From the NCBI GenBank assembly GCA_051252375.1, contig JBPOFY010000005.1, forward strand, positions 149,406 through 213,405: a stretch of 64,000 bases of DNA. The letters are read 5' to 3'. Each line of letters starts with the position of its first letter. Positions within the stretch are counted from its first letter, which is position 1. A program made the position numbers and the translations under genes. This document shows, piece by piece, positions 63,816-64,000 of the stretch. The notes beneath the pieces are model-generated. The model ran no database searches and was not told the DNA's origin. It was given only the letters and a program-made list of their open reading frames with translations. Origin of the DNA: Opitutaceae bacterium (GTDB lineage Bacteria > Verrucomicrobiota > Verrucomicrobiia > Opitutales > Coraliomargaritaceae).

Positions 63816-63915
63816 TTAAGAACAACCAAGCGACGTCCCGCAGTTCAGGCAACACGCACAAGTGCCTGTCACTTTCACCTTACCAGAGCCGCACTCGGGG
63901 CAGGCTTACGCCAGT
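63816..63915 (-). pseudogene. nrdJ 3'-end remnant A
   Basis: ACPECGSGKVKVTGTCACCLNCGTSLGCS*; in-frame TAA immediately upstream, probably from a 1-bp insertion in a TGEAC segment. Confidence 0.85.
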
Positions 63916-63990
63916 GGAGAGTAGAGAGTGGGGAGTTGAGAGAGTTTGAACATCGAACGTCCAACGTTGAACGTCCAATTTTGAATGTTT
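63914..63990. repeat. Eleven in-phase degenerate heptamers (GTRGAGA-type then AACGTCC-type)
   Basis: gtggaga gtagaga gtgggga gttgaga gagtttg aacatcg aacgtcc aacgttg aacgtcc aattttg aatgttt. Confidence 0.8.
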
Positions 63991-64000
63991 ATTCTTAGCT

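Overview
Bacterial chromosome segment. Gene content and intergenic style suggest Verrucomicrobiota (Opitutia, Coraliomargarita/Lentimonas-like); this is an inference. 1-43.2 kb is mostly core genome: SWIM-SNF2 helicase, DAHP synthase, pyrBC, a TroABCD-type Mn/Zn/Fe ABC operon (TroC fused to a DtxR-type domain, and a GxxExxY gene bracketed by inverted repeats inserted into it), LysR, yggS, nupC, trpS, rpsT, an unannotated 31-aa bS22-like ORF, pilMNOPQ-like genes plus a 2234-aa RCC1/CARDB surface protein, mnmA, kdsD, smc, guaA, hisD. 43.2-64 kb is an accessory region, almost all on the minus strand: an NsrA/CyaK-like receptor-cyclase pair, secreted proteins, a GH128-like multimodular enzyme and a subtilase. 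The main finding is five start-less remnants of the 3' end of a class II ribonucleotide reductase gene (nrdJ, ...CPECGSGKVKVTGTCACCLNCGTSLGCS*) lying at the cargo boundaries. The two intact copies differ only at synonymous sites, and several copies abut periodic 7- or 9-bp micro-repeat arms; the 9-bp ones resemble the arms flanking the GxxExxY gene. This looks like a cassette stack built by serial replacement of the nrdJ 3' end, with no integrase visible in the window. No tRNA, rRNA or CRISPR array was recognised. All calls are by eye and motif recall; no database search was run.
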